Shown: positions 17,735 through 26,193 of the stretch, in pieces
Layout of the letters: each line of letters opens with the position of its first letter
Numbering within the stretch: position 1 is the stretch's first letter
Origin: Clostridiales bacterium
Lineage (GTDB): Bacteria; Bacillota; Clostridia; Lachnospirales; Lachnospiraceae
Reading direction: 5' to 3'
Length of the DNA: 43,993 bases
NCBI GenBank assembly: GCA_021201035.1
Contig: JAJQFQ010000229.1
Coordinates: 1 to 43,993, forward strand
Position numbers and translations under genes: made by a program
Notes under the pieces: model-generated
Told to the model about the DNA's origin: nothing
The model's database searches: none
The model's input: the letters and a program-made list of their open reading frames with translations, nothing else

Positions 17735-18616
17735 GTGCTTTTGCGTCAGTACAGAATACAGAATGGTTTCCGAAAAAAATCTAACAAATCTCTCTCAAAT
17801 CATAATCGGTTCGTTCCTGGTTTTGCTCACCGTGTTTATCCCGTAAACATTTGCGCAAAAGCACTGCAATATGTCTGCCGGAAAGGAAGTTTCACGGTGG
17901 AAGCTGCCTTTGTGCTGCCGCTGTTTCTTTTCGCTGCGGTGGTTGTGCTCGGCATGTTTCCGATGCTTATGATTCAGACGCAGGTCAATGCGGGGCTGCA
18001 GTATACGGCCAGAATTCTGGCTGTTTCCTGTCAGGATCCGGATACGGACGAAATGTTGATTTCTTTTGCGGAAGGACAGGTCCTTTTTCGCACCTATATG
18101 AATGAACATGGCTATGAGGAGTCCGTCCTGGAAAACGGGCTTGGCAGTATCTCTCTGCTATCTTCTGATCTGGAAGGAGAGTATGTGACACTGACGGCTT
18201 CTTATGAGGCAAAATTGCCGGTTTCGTTCTGGACGCTGGATGCATTGCCGGTCCGGCAGAGCGTTAAAATGAAGAAATGGACCGGCGCTGCACAGGACGG
18301 GGATGATGAGGATGATACATATGTATACATTACGCCGACAGGGAGTGCGTATCACAAAACGGCGGAATGCTCTTATTTAAAACTGTCCATCCGCAGTGTT
18401 TCAGTGGCGCAGCTGGGTTCGTTGCGGAATAAGAGCGGGGGCATTTATTACGCTTGCAGCTGTTATGATGGCGGCAGTCTGGTCTATATTACTGATTACG
18501 GAACACAGTATCATGGCGATTTAAACTGCAGCGGGTTAAAACGGACAGTCTATAAGGTGTCGATAGATAATGTCGGAGACCGGCATGCCTGCTCCAAATG
18601 CTGTGCCGGTGAGTGA
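17735..18616 (+). CDS. tadE: TadE-family minor pilin with C-terminal Cys/His repeats; start uncertain
   Basis: KG|SFTVEAAFVLPLF motif; two YITxxGxxYH...C units at the C-terminus. Confidence 0.8.
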   Translation: MLLRQYRIQNGFRKKSNKSLSNHNRFVPGFAHRVYPVNICAKALQYVCRKGSFTVEAAFVLPLFLFAAVVVLGMFPMLMIQTQVNAGLQYTARILAVSCQDPDTDEMLISFAEGQVLFRTYMNEHGYEESVLENGLGSISLLSSDLEGEYVTLTASYEAKLPVSFWTLDALPVRQSVKMKKWTGAAQDGDDEDDTYVYITPTGSAYHKTAECSYLKLSIRSVSVAQLGSLRNKSGGIYYACSCYDGGSLVYITDYGTQYHGDLNCSGLKRTVYKVSIDNVGDRHACSKCCAGE

Positions 18617-18667
18617 TGGGACAGATTGTAAAACTTTTTGACTTTTTGAATTATGGAACATTGATAA

Positions 18668-18697
18668 TTGAATAAGGGTATGGTGTTATGGTATAAT
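18668..18697 (+). promoter_or_regulatory. Sigma-A promoter (extended -10) of a small inserted gene
   Basis: TTGAAT, 18 bp, TATAAT preceded by TG. Confidence 0.6.
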
Positions 18698-18721
18698 ACC
18701 ATCCGGAAGGGTGGTGGTGAT

Positions 18722-18874
18722 ATGAAAGTGAGTGAGGATACATATATGACAGACGAACAATTTGCAACATATAACAAATTATTAGAATTGGTTGAGACAG
18801 TGATTAAGGAATTGCCTGAAGAAAAGCAGGAAGAGTACAGGCAGAAAAAGAACGATATTCTTTTAAAAAAGTAG
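18722..18874 (+). CDS. 50-aa small charged helical protein
   Basis: GGTGGTG RBS; MKVSEDTYMTDEQFATYNKLLELVETVIKELPEEKQEEYRQKKNDILLKK; has its own promoter and a downstream hairpin. Confidence 0.65.
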   Translation: MKVSEDTYMTDEQFATYNKLLELVETVIKELPEEKQEEYRQKKNDILLKK

Positions 18875-18916
18875 TGCGGCAGAGATGTAAAAACAGTAGC
18901 AGTATTACAGATATAC

Positions 18917-18970
18917 AAGGCGTAATGTCTATATTCCATGATGCGGATGAGATAGACATTGCGCCTTTTT
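18917..18970 (+). terminator. Long hairpin followed by a T-run
   Basis: AAGGCGTAATGTCTAT...ATAGACATTGCGCCTT (16 bp, one G-U pair) then TTTT. Confidence 0.55.
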
Positions 18971-19087
18971 CCATTGTTAAAAGAGATGATTTATTTTGAG
19001 TAAATATATACACTGGCTGTTATGGGTATATGATGAATTGGCGGGCAAATCAAAAGAAGGAATATAAAAATGAGACGGGGGAATTAT

Positions 19088-19510
19088 GTGACGGGAAAAT
19101 GTTTACTGTTGGTTTTTTTGTTTTTTTTCGCGTGGACGGATCTGAAGAAGCGCGAACTGCCCATGCTTTTGCTGGGAATTTGCGGATTATTTGGAATTTT
19201 ATTTTTGCAGATGACGGATACACTGGTATGGCAGGAGCTTCTGGGCGGTTTATGTGTCGGAGGAGGCATGCTGTTATTTGCGCTGGCATCAAAGGAGAGT
19301 GTCGGCGTGGGTGATGGGCTGTTGTTTTGCGTTACCGGAATTTATCTGGGGTTGTGGCAGAACCTGCTTTTGTTGTTTGGAGCGGTCCTTTTCTGTGCAG
19401 CAGCGGGGGCGGTTCTTTTGCTGCGGAAAAAATGTACGCGGAAACAGCAGATTCCGTTTGCCCCCTTTGTTCTTATCGCAGATGTGGCGTTACTTTTCTT
19501 TATGTCGTGA
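19088..19510 (+). CDS. Second prepilin peptidase (A24 family)
   Basis: AWTDLKKRELP, VGVGDGLL and QIPFAPF motifs. Confidence 0.85.
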   Translation: MTGKCLLLVFLFFFAWTDLKKRELPMLLLGICGLFGILFLQMTDTLVWQELLGGLCVGGGMLLFALASKESVGVGDGLLFCVTGIYLGLWQNLLLLFGAVLFCAAAGAVLLLRKKCTRKQQIPFAPFVLIADVALLFFMS

Positions 19511-19553
19511 AAGGCTTGCCGGAGAACGTGAAAGGAGAGAAGAATGCGGGAAT

Positions 19554-19898
19554 ATGCGGGTTGAAAGATTACATGAAGATTCAATTGGAATGACAGGAAG
19601 GGAATGTTTCCGAATGGGTAAAAGAAAGAAAATACGGATTAGAATGAATCTTGGAGGAATAAGTTTGAAACGGACAGTAAGAGCTTCTTTTACGGTGGAA
19701 GCGGTGTTCCTTTTTCCGATGATTGTTTTCCTGATTGCGTTTATGCTTCATTTGTCCATCGACTGGTTGTCGGATATACAGCAGACAGCCGGGGACGTGG
19801 ATGTGCTGCGTGAACTGGATACGCGGACGTATTTTCTAAGACAGGAGATGCTGCAGGGTATATGGGATTCTTTGAAGCAGGGCGTCAGCCCGGATTAA
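19554..19898 (+). CDS. TadE-like minor pilin; start uncertain
   Basis: RA|SFTVEAVFLFPMIVFLIAFML pilin-like motif. Confidence 0.7.
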   Translation: MRVERLHEDSIGMTGRECFRMGKRKKIRIRMNLGGISLKRTVRASFTVEAVFLFPMIVFLIAFMLHLSIDWLSDIQQTAGDVDVLRELDTRTYFLRQEMLQGIWDSLKQGVSPD

Positions 19899-19932
19899 TA
19901 AACAGGTATGGGTAATATGGAAAGGAAACGAT

Positions 19933-21061
19933 ATGAATGTTGAATATTTGAGAACCGCAAAAAAGAGTTATATGATCATAAAAGAGGCGGATTATCCGTT
20001 TGAAGAATATGAACTGAAGATGATTTTACATAATGATATTCCATGTCTGCTTCCTCTTCAGGTTATTGTTGAAGACGGGCAGGTAGAATACTGGTATGAT
20101 GTGACCGGGATACAATCGTTGAAAAAACAATTTTCTCTTGCGCCTGCGGGGGAAAAGGAACTTCGGGTTTTACTGCAAAATCTGGCAGAGTTGAAATCAA
20201 TCATGGATGATTATTTGCTGGATGATGCCAGCATTTGTTTTTCTTCTGACAAGATATATGAGGATCGCTTTTCCGGAAAAATTCGTTTTTGTTATGTGCC
20301 GGGGCTTAACAGACAGAAGCCGGCCGGACTAAAGGGGTTGTTTGAAGATGTTTTGCAGCAGTTAAATCACTCAGATCCGATAGCGGTAAAAATGGGATAT
20401 GAGATGTATGAGAGATGTATGCAGTCTGACTTTGTGATCGAGGATTGTTTTGCGTGTCTGCGGATTCAGAAGCAGAACAAAGAGACGTCGGAACCGGCAG
20501 AAATCGACAGGAAGGGAGATGATTTGAAGGAATGGGAAGGAATGGCGGAAAAACGGGAAGTATCGAATCCTTTCACGGAGGAAACTTTCCCCAGAAAGAG
20601 ATACAGAAAAAAAGCGAAGGAGAGAAAAACGGGAGAAGATTGATTACGGAAAGATACTGGAAGAAAATCGTGAGATATTGTATACGGCGGAAGAGATCGG
20701 GAAAACAGGGCTCACGGAGTTTTTTGCGGAGGAGGATCGGATTAAGACGTGGGAACTCATTTATAAAGGCGACGGGATGGAGACAGATCTGCGGCCTGTG
20801 TCCTTTCCTTTCCTGATTGGATCAGATGCAAAAAACGCGGATGGTGTACTGCAGTCCAGAACCGTGAGCCGGATGCATGCCAGGCTGTTTCTGGAGGATG
20901 AAAAACTGTATGTTGAGGATTTTAATTCCACAAACGGAACCTACCTGAATCGCCGGTTGCTGCCCATGAACACGCCGGCGGAATTACATGAGGGAGACCG
21001 CATCGTGTTTGCCACGGAGGAGTATATGGTATCCTCGCAGAAAATAATGAAAAAAATATAA
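19933..21061 (+). CDS. DUF6382-like domain plus C-terminal FHA domain (frameshift in the A7 run at 20607-20613)
   Basis: YELKMILHNDIPCLLP...WYDVTG N-terminal domain and FHA motifs VSRMHA...VEDFNSTNGTYLN...GDRIVF. Removing one A joins ORFs 19933-20643 and 20678-21061. Confidence 0.8.
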
Positions 21062-21150
21062 AATTCTCTTTAAGACAGCTGACAATTTTCGTGGTTTAAT
21101 TTAAGATAAAAAAGACAGAAAATGACCGAACACTCTTAAGGAGAAAAAGA

Positions 21151-21852
21151 ATGTCATATATAGAGTTTGATCATATTACCAAAAAATATAAGGTTGGCGA
21201 TCAGGAGATTCTGGCGGTAGATGAGGCTTCTTTTGTTGTGGAAAAGGGAGAACTGGCAATCACCCTCGGCGCATCCGGAGCCGGGAAGACGACCGCGGTG
21301 AATATTCTGGGTGGAATGGATGTGGCAACCTCCGGACGGCTGATCGTAGATGGAAGTGATGTCACAAAGTACGATAAACGTCAGCTGGTCGGTTACCGGC
21401 GTACGGATATCGGTTTCGTGTTTCAGTTTTATAATCTGGTGCCGAATCTGACTGCTCTGGAAAATGTGGAGCTGGCGGCACAGATTTGTGAGGATTCCCT
21501 TGACACCTCGGAGACGCTTTATAAGGTGGGACTGTCAGAACGGAAGGACAATTTTCCCGCACAGTTGTCCGGCGGAGAGCAACAGCGGGTTTCCATTGCG
21601 AGAGCTCTTGCTAAAAATCCCAAAATACTGCTCTGCGATGAGCCTACCGGAGCGTTGGATTACAATACCGGACGGCAGATATTAAAACTGCTTCAGGATA
21701 CCTGCCGCGGGGAAGGTGTGACGATTATTCTGATCACACATAATTCCGCGCTGGCACCGATGGCGGATCGTCTGATCCGGTTTCGAAGCGGCAGGGTTGT
21801 GGAAATGACCTGCAGTGATCATCCGGTCTCAGTGGATGAAATCGAATGGTGA
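21151..21852 (+). CDS. ABC transporter ATP-binding protein (LolD/MacB-like)
   Basis: [28 protein letters not shown]. Confidence 0.95.
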   Translation: MSYIEFDHITKKYKVGDQEILAVDEASFVVEKGELAITLGASGAGKTTAVNILGGMDVATSGRLIVDGSDVTKYDKRQLVGYRRTDIGFVFQFYNLVPNLTALENVELAAQICEDSLDTSETLYKVGLSERKDNFPAQLSGGEQQRVSIARALAKNPKILLCDEPTGALDYNTGRQILKLLQDTCRGEGVTIILITHNSALAPMADRLIRFRSGRVVEMTCSDHPVSVDEIEW

Positions 21853-21967
21853 TGAAACGGAATGGAGATGAGACAGAGTAACAGAGAAAATGGGGCGGAC
21901 AGATGGGCAGCGATATACAGATATTTGCGGTAAACATCTGCCATGTTTAAATGGGACTTTACATATC

Positions 21968-24900
21968 ATGAAAAATGCACTGACAAAAGATATTTTGCGC
22001 ACCATGAAAAAAGAAAGAAAGCGTTTCTTTTCGATCCTTCTGATCACGGCGCTCGGAGTTGCCATGTTTACGGGTCTTCGGGCTTCCTGCAATGATCTCC
22101 GCCATTCGGCTGATGCTTTGTATGATGAACAGGCGCTTTTTGATATACAGGTTTCATCTACGCTTGGTCTGGATGATGATGATATTGCGGCGTTAAAAAC
22201 GCTGGATGAGGTGAGTGAAGCGGAGGGAGAGTATTCCGCTGCCGTTTATACGGATATTGGCGGTACCCATCAGGATGTTAGAGTTCGAACACTGGGAGAG
22301 AAAATCAATATTCCGACGGTTGTGGAAGGCAGTCTTCCGCAAGCAGAAAATGAGATTGCGGTTACCGAGGGATATCTTCTGGATTCCGGCAAGCAGATCG
22401 GAGATACGCTGACATTTACAGAAAACGACACGGATGATGAAGACTCCGTTTATGCGGATACAGAGTATTTGATCACTGCCGAGATTCTGGATCCGTTTGA
22501 TGTAAATAATCGGGAAGGGAGTACCTCTTTCCGTTCGTCTGCCTCGGAAGAATATACATTTTATGTGTTGCCGTCTGCGGTGGATGCGGATTATTATACA
22601 GCTGTCTATGTCTCGGTAGAAGGCGCGGATACGCTGATGTGTTACTCAGATGAGTATGTTCAGCTGATTGAGGATGTAAAGACGAAGATCAGCGATACGT
22701 TGAAGGAAAAACAGCAGCAGAGCCGGTATGATACAGTATATGCGGAGGCACTGGCTGAATATAATGATGCGCTGGCTGAAGTCATGGAAGAACTGGATGA
22801 TGCACAACAGGAGATTGACGACGGCTGGACAGAGCTTCAGGACGGACTGGATCAGTTAAATGACGGAGCGGAAGAACTGGAGACTCAGGAAGCGGATGCG
22901 GATCGCCAGATTGCGGACGGGCTGGCGCAGATTGAAGCAGGATATGCAAGCCTGTCTGAGGCGAAGACTCAGCTGGATCAGTCCGGACAGAAACTGGCGT
23001 CCGGAGAACAGCAGCTTCTTGATGCGCAGGAAGAGCTTGCACAGACAGAGACAGAAACATTTGCGCAGATTGATGCCGGTATTGAGCAATTGCAGGCAGG
23101 AAAGCTTCAGGTTCAGTTCGGGATTGATGAGCTGAATGAACAGATTTCCGGGTTGTCAGAAAGCACCGATGCTGATATGACCGAAGATTCCGATGAAGCA
23201 CAGGATGAGATTTCTTCCACAGACAATAGTGCGACAGATCAGGAAATACTCCTTCAGTCATTACAGGCACAGCTTGCCGCTCTGGAAGATAATCTGGCGG
23301 ATCTGGATAATCAGCTGGCCGCTTTACAGGAGCAACGCACACAGGCAGAAGCACAGTTTGCTGCAGCAGAAGCTGAGATTGCGCAGCAGGAAGCGGAGCT
23401 CGAAGCGGGAATGATTCAGTACGAATCCGGTCTGGCACAGTGGAATGAGAGTAAGACGCAGCTGGATGAGGCAAAGGCGGAGCTTGAAGCACAGGAGTAT
23501 TCGGCGGCTATACAGTTTGCTAGTGCCTGGGAGACGATCCGTCAGAGCGAGCAGGAATTGCAGGAGGCACGGCAGGAACTGATCGACGGACAGGAGGAAC
23601 TTGATGAAAATAAAGAAGAAGCGCTTGCTGAACTGGAGGATGCCAGAGAAGAAATTGATGAGATTGAGATGGCAAAATGGTACATCCAGTCGAGGGATTC
23701 TTTGAGCGGATATTCCAATGTGGATAATGATGCAGCTTCCATTGAGGGGCTTTCTGCGTTTCTTCCGCTCATCTTTCTTGTGGTTGCGATTCTGATTAGC
23801 CTGACAGCCATCACGCGTATGGTGGAGGAGGACAGAGGACTGATCGGTACTTATAAAGCACTGGGATTTAAGAACGGAGAAATTCGGAGAAAATATGTCC
23901 TTTACGCGGCAGGCGCGAGCCTGTCAGGAGGAATTGTCGGAAATCTTTGTGGTTTTATCGTGCTGCCGAAGATTATATTTACTTTTTTCGAAATGATGTA
24001 TGTGATACCTGAGTACATGTTTTTCTTCCAGCCGTTATACGGTATAACGGGTATTCTGCTGTTCCTGGTGGGGATATTAGCGGCGGTGTGGTTTGCAGTG
24101 CGCGGGGAACTGGTGCAGATGCCGGCGGCGCTTATGCGTCCTCTGGTCCCGAAAAACGGAACCAGAATTTTTCTGGAATATATACCTTTTATCTGGAAAA
24201 AACTGTCGTTTCTCAATAAGGTGACGGCCCGTAACCTTTTTCGCTATAAGAAGAGGCTCATCATGACAGTGATCGGGATCATGGGCTGCACCGGCCTGCT
24301 GGTCTGTGCCTTTGCAATCAAAAATACGGTTACGGATCTTATGCCGAGACAGTATGAGAATATATACCGATATGATATTCTGGCGGCGGCGCAGTCGTCG
24401 GATAATGAACAGCTGCTTTCTTATATGGATGATGAGGAAAATATTGAGCAGTATGTCAACCTGCAGGTAGAGAGCGTGTCGATACGGAATCAGAACGGGG
24501 AATCCGAGACAGTACAGATGTATGTAATTCCTGATGATGCGGAGATTTCCGATTTTATCAAACTGTCGGATACGGACGGAAACGATATTTCCCTGTCGGA
24601 TGACGGCATTTTTATCACGCACAGCGCATCGGATGTGCTGGAACTTGCGGCCGGAGATGAGGTGGTGATACAGGATCTTTCGCTGAATGAAACAGAGATT
24701 GCGGTTGCCGGTGTCGCGGAAAATTATCTGGGTGATATGATTTATGTCAGCGAGAGCTGTTATGAATCCTGTTTTGATATGAATTACGAGCCCAATGCAG
24801 TCCTGATCCGGCTGACGGAGAGCTGTAAAGCGGCTGATCCGGTTTCTTACGCGAAGGAACTGGGGACAAAAGACGGTGTTTTATCCACGGTAAGTACGGA

Positions 24901-25339
24901 GAGCCTGAAGGAGGAATTTTCACAGGCATTTCAGCTGATTAATCTGGTTGTGTATGTGATTTTTGTGATGGCGGCGGCTCTGGCTTTTGTGGTTTTATTT
25001 ACATTGTCCACCACAAATATTTCCGAACGATGCAGGGAACTGGCGACGATCAAGGTGCTGGGATTTTTCGATCATGAAGTACATCTGTATGTGAATAAGG
25101 AAACGCTGATCCTGTCGTGTATCGGAATCGCGTTCGGCCTTCCGACGGGGTGGGGTATCAGTATATGTCTGGGATGGATGCTGAAAATTCCGGGCATGTA
25201 TTTCGCAATCAGTATTCATCATGTGACATATCTGATCTGTGCCGTGATTGCCTTTGTATTTGCGTTGATCGTGAATCAGATTACAAACCGTCTGCTGAAT
25301 CAGATTGATCCGGTGGAGGCATTGAAGAGTGTGGAGTAA
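21968..25339 (+). CDS. FtsX-like ABC permease with a large extracellular coiled coil
   Basis: TRMVEEDRGLIGTYKALG and ERCRELATIKVLGF FtsX motifs; long Q/E/A coiled coil. Confidence 0.9.
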   Translation: MKNALTKDILRTMKKERKRFFSILLITALGVAMFTGLRASCNDLRHSADALYDEQALFDIQVSSTLGLDDDDIAALKTLDEVSEAEGEYSAAVYTDIGGTHQDVRVRTLGEKINIPTVVEGSLPQAENEIAVTEGYLLDSGKQIGDTLTFTENDTDDEDSVYADTEYLITAEILDPFDVNNREGSTSFRSSASEEYTFYVLPSAVDADYYTAVYVSVEGADTLMCYSDEYVQLIEDVKTKISDTLKEKQQQSRYDTVYAEALAEYNDALAEVMEELDDAQQEIDDGWTELQDGLDQLNDGAEELETQEADADRQIADGLAQIEAGYASLSEAKTQLDQSGQKLASGEQQLLDAQEELAQTETETFAQIDAGIEQLQAGKLQVQFGIDELNEQISGLSESTDADMTEDSDEAQDEISSTDNSATDQEILLQSLQAQLAALEDNLADLDNQLAALQEQRTQAEAQFAAAEAEIAQQEAELEAGMIQYESGLAQWNESKTQLDEAKAELEAQEYSAAIQFASAWETIRQSEQELQEARQELIDGQEELDENKEEALAELEDAREEIDEIEMAKWYIQSRDSLSGYSNVDNDAASIEGLSAFLPLIFLVVAILISLTAITRMVEEDRGLIGTYKALGFKNGEIRRKYVLYAAGASLSGGIVGNLCGFIVLPKIIFTFFEMMYVIPEYMFFFQPLYGITGILLFLVGILAAVWFAVRGELVQMPAALMRPLVPKNGTRIFLEYIPFIWKKLSFLNKVTARNLFRYKKRLIMTVIGIMGCTGLLVCAFAIKNTVTDLMPRQYENIYRYDILAAAQSSDNEQLLSYMDDEENIEQYVNLQVESVSIRNQNGESETVQMYVIPDDAEISDFIKLSDTDGNDISLSDDGIFITHSASDVLELAAGDEVVIQDLSLNETEIAVAGVAENYLGDMIYVSESCYESCFDMNYEPNAVLIRLTESCKAADPVSYAKELGTKDGVLSTVSTESLKEEFSQAFQLINLVVYVIFVMAAALAFVVLFTLSTTNISERCRELATIKVLGFFDHEVHLYVNKETLILSCIGIAFGLPTGWGISICLGWMLKIPGMYFAISIHHVTYLICAVIAFVFALIVNQITNRLLNQIDPVEALKSVE

Positions 25340-25440
25340 GCGGAATAATCATGTGAAAATATAGACAAATAAAAAATTTGTGTTATCCTGATATAGGGCG
25401 AAGCCTGGAATAAAAATTTTGAGATGACGGAGGAAAAGAC

Positions 25441-26043
25441 ATGTATATTACCTGTTTGGATATGGAAGGCGTTCTGGTACCGGAAATCTGGATTGCGTTT
25501 GCGGAGGCGAGCGGTATTCCCGAATTAAAGAAAACGACGCGGGACGAGCCGGATTATGATAAGCTCATGCAGTATCGGCTGAATATTTTAAAAGAACACG
25601 GACTTGGCCTGAAGGAGATACAGGCGACCATCGCGAAGATTGATCCGATGCCGGGCGCAAAGGAATTTCTGGATGAACTTCGTTCCTGCTGTCAGGTAAT
25701 TATCCTCAGCGATACCTTCGAACAGTTTGCAACGCCGCTGATGAAAAAACTGGGATGGCCGACGATTTTCTGTAATACGCTTGAGGTGGCGGAGGACGGT
25801 TCGATCACCGGATACAAAATGCGCTGTGAAAAATCAAAATATACCACGGTAAAGGCGCTGCAGTCGATCGGTTATGAGACGATTGCCAGCGGAGACAGCT
25901 TCAATGACCTCGGTATGATTCAGGCAAGCAAGGCCGGCTTTCTCTTTAAGAGTACAGAACAGATTAAGGCGGATTACTCGCAGATTCCGGCATTTGAAGA
26001 ATATGACGAGCTGCTGGCAGCCATTAAAAGCGTAATTTTCTGA
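25441..26043 (+). CDS. thrH: Bifunctional phosphoserine phosphatase/homoserine phosphotransferase (HAD)
   Basis: CLDMEGVLVPEIW...TTRDEPDYDKLM...GDSFND. Confidence 0.93.
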   Translation: MYITCLDMEGVLVPEIWIAFAEASGIPELKKTTRDEPDYDKLMQYRLNILKEHGLGLKEIQATIAKIDPMPGAKEFLDELRSCCQVIILSDTFEQFATPLMKKLGWPTIFCNTLEVAEDGSITGYKMRCEKSKYTTVKALQSIGYETIASGDSFNDLGMIQASKAGFLFKSTEQIKADYSQIPAFEEYDELLAAIKSVIF

Positions 26044-26193
26044 TCCTGATCCTGTGACCCGGGTTTTCGGGAGATGTACGGTACGCAAGGCCGGACACAG
26101 AACTTTCACAGAATCTTCAAATTTGTTTAATCCTTTGGAAATATACTGTACCGAGCAGTACAACAGACTGTTATAAAATCGAAAGGATGGACA

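Noticed and set aside
22740-23670. Long coiled coil in the ABC permease as a novel fusion
   Set aside because: Such insertions are common in Firmicute FtsX-like permeases
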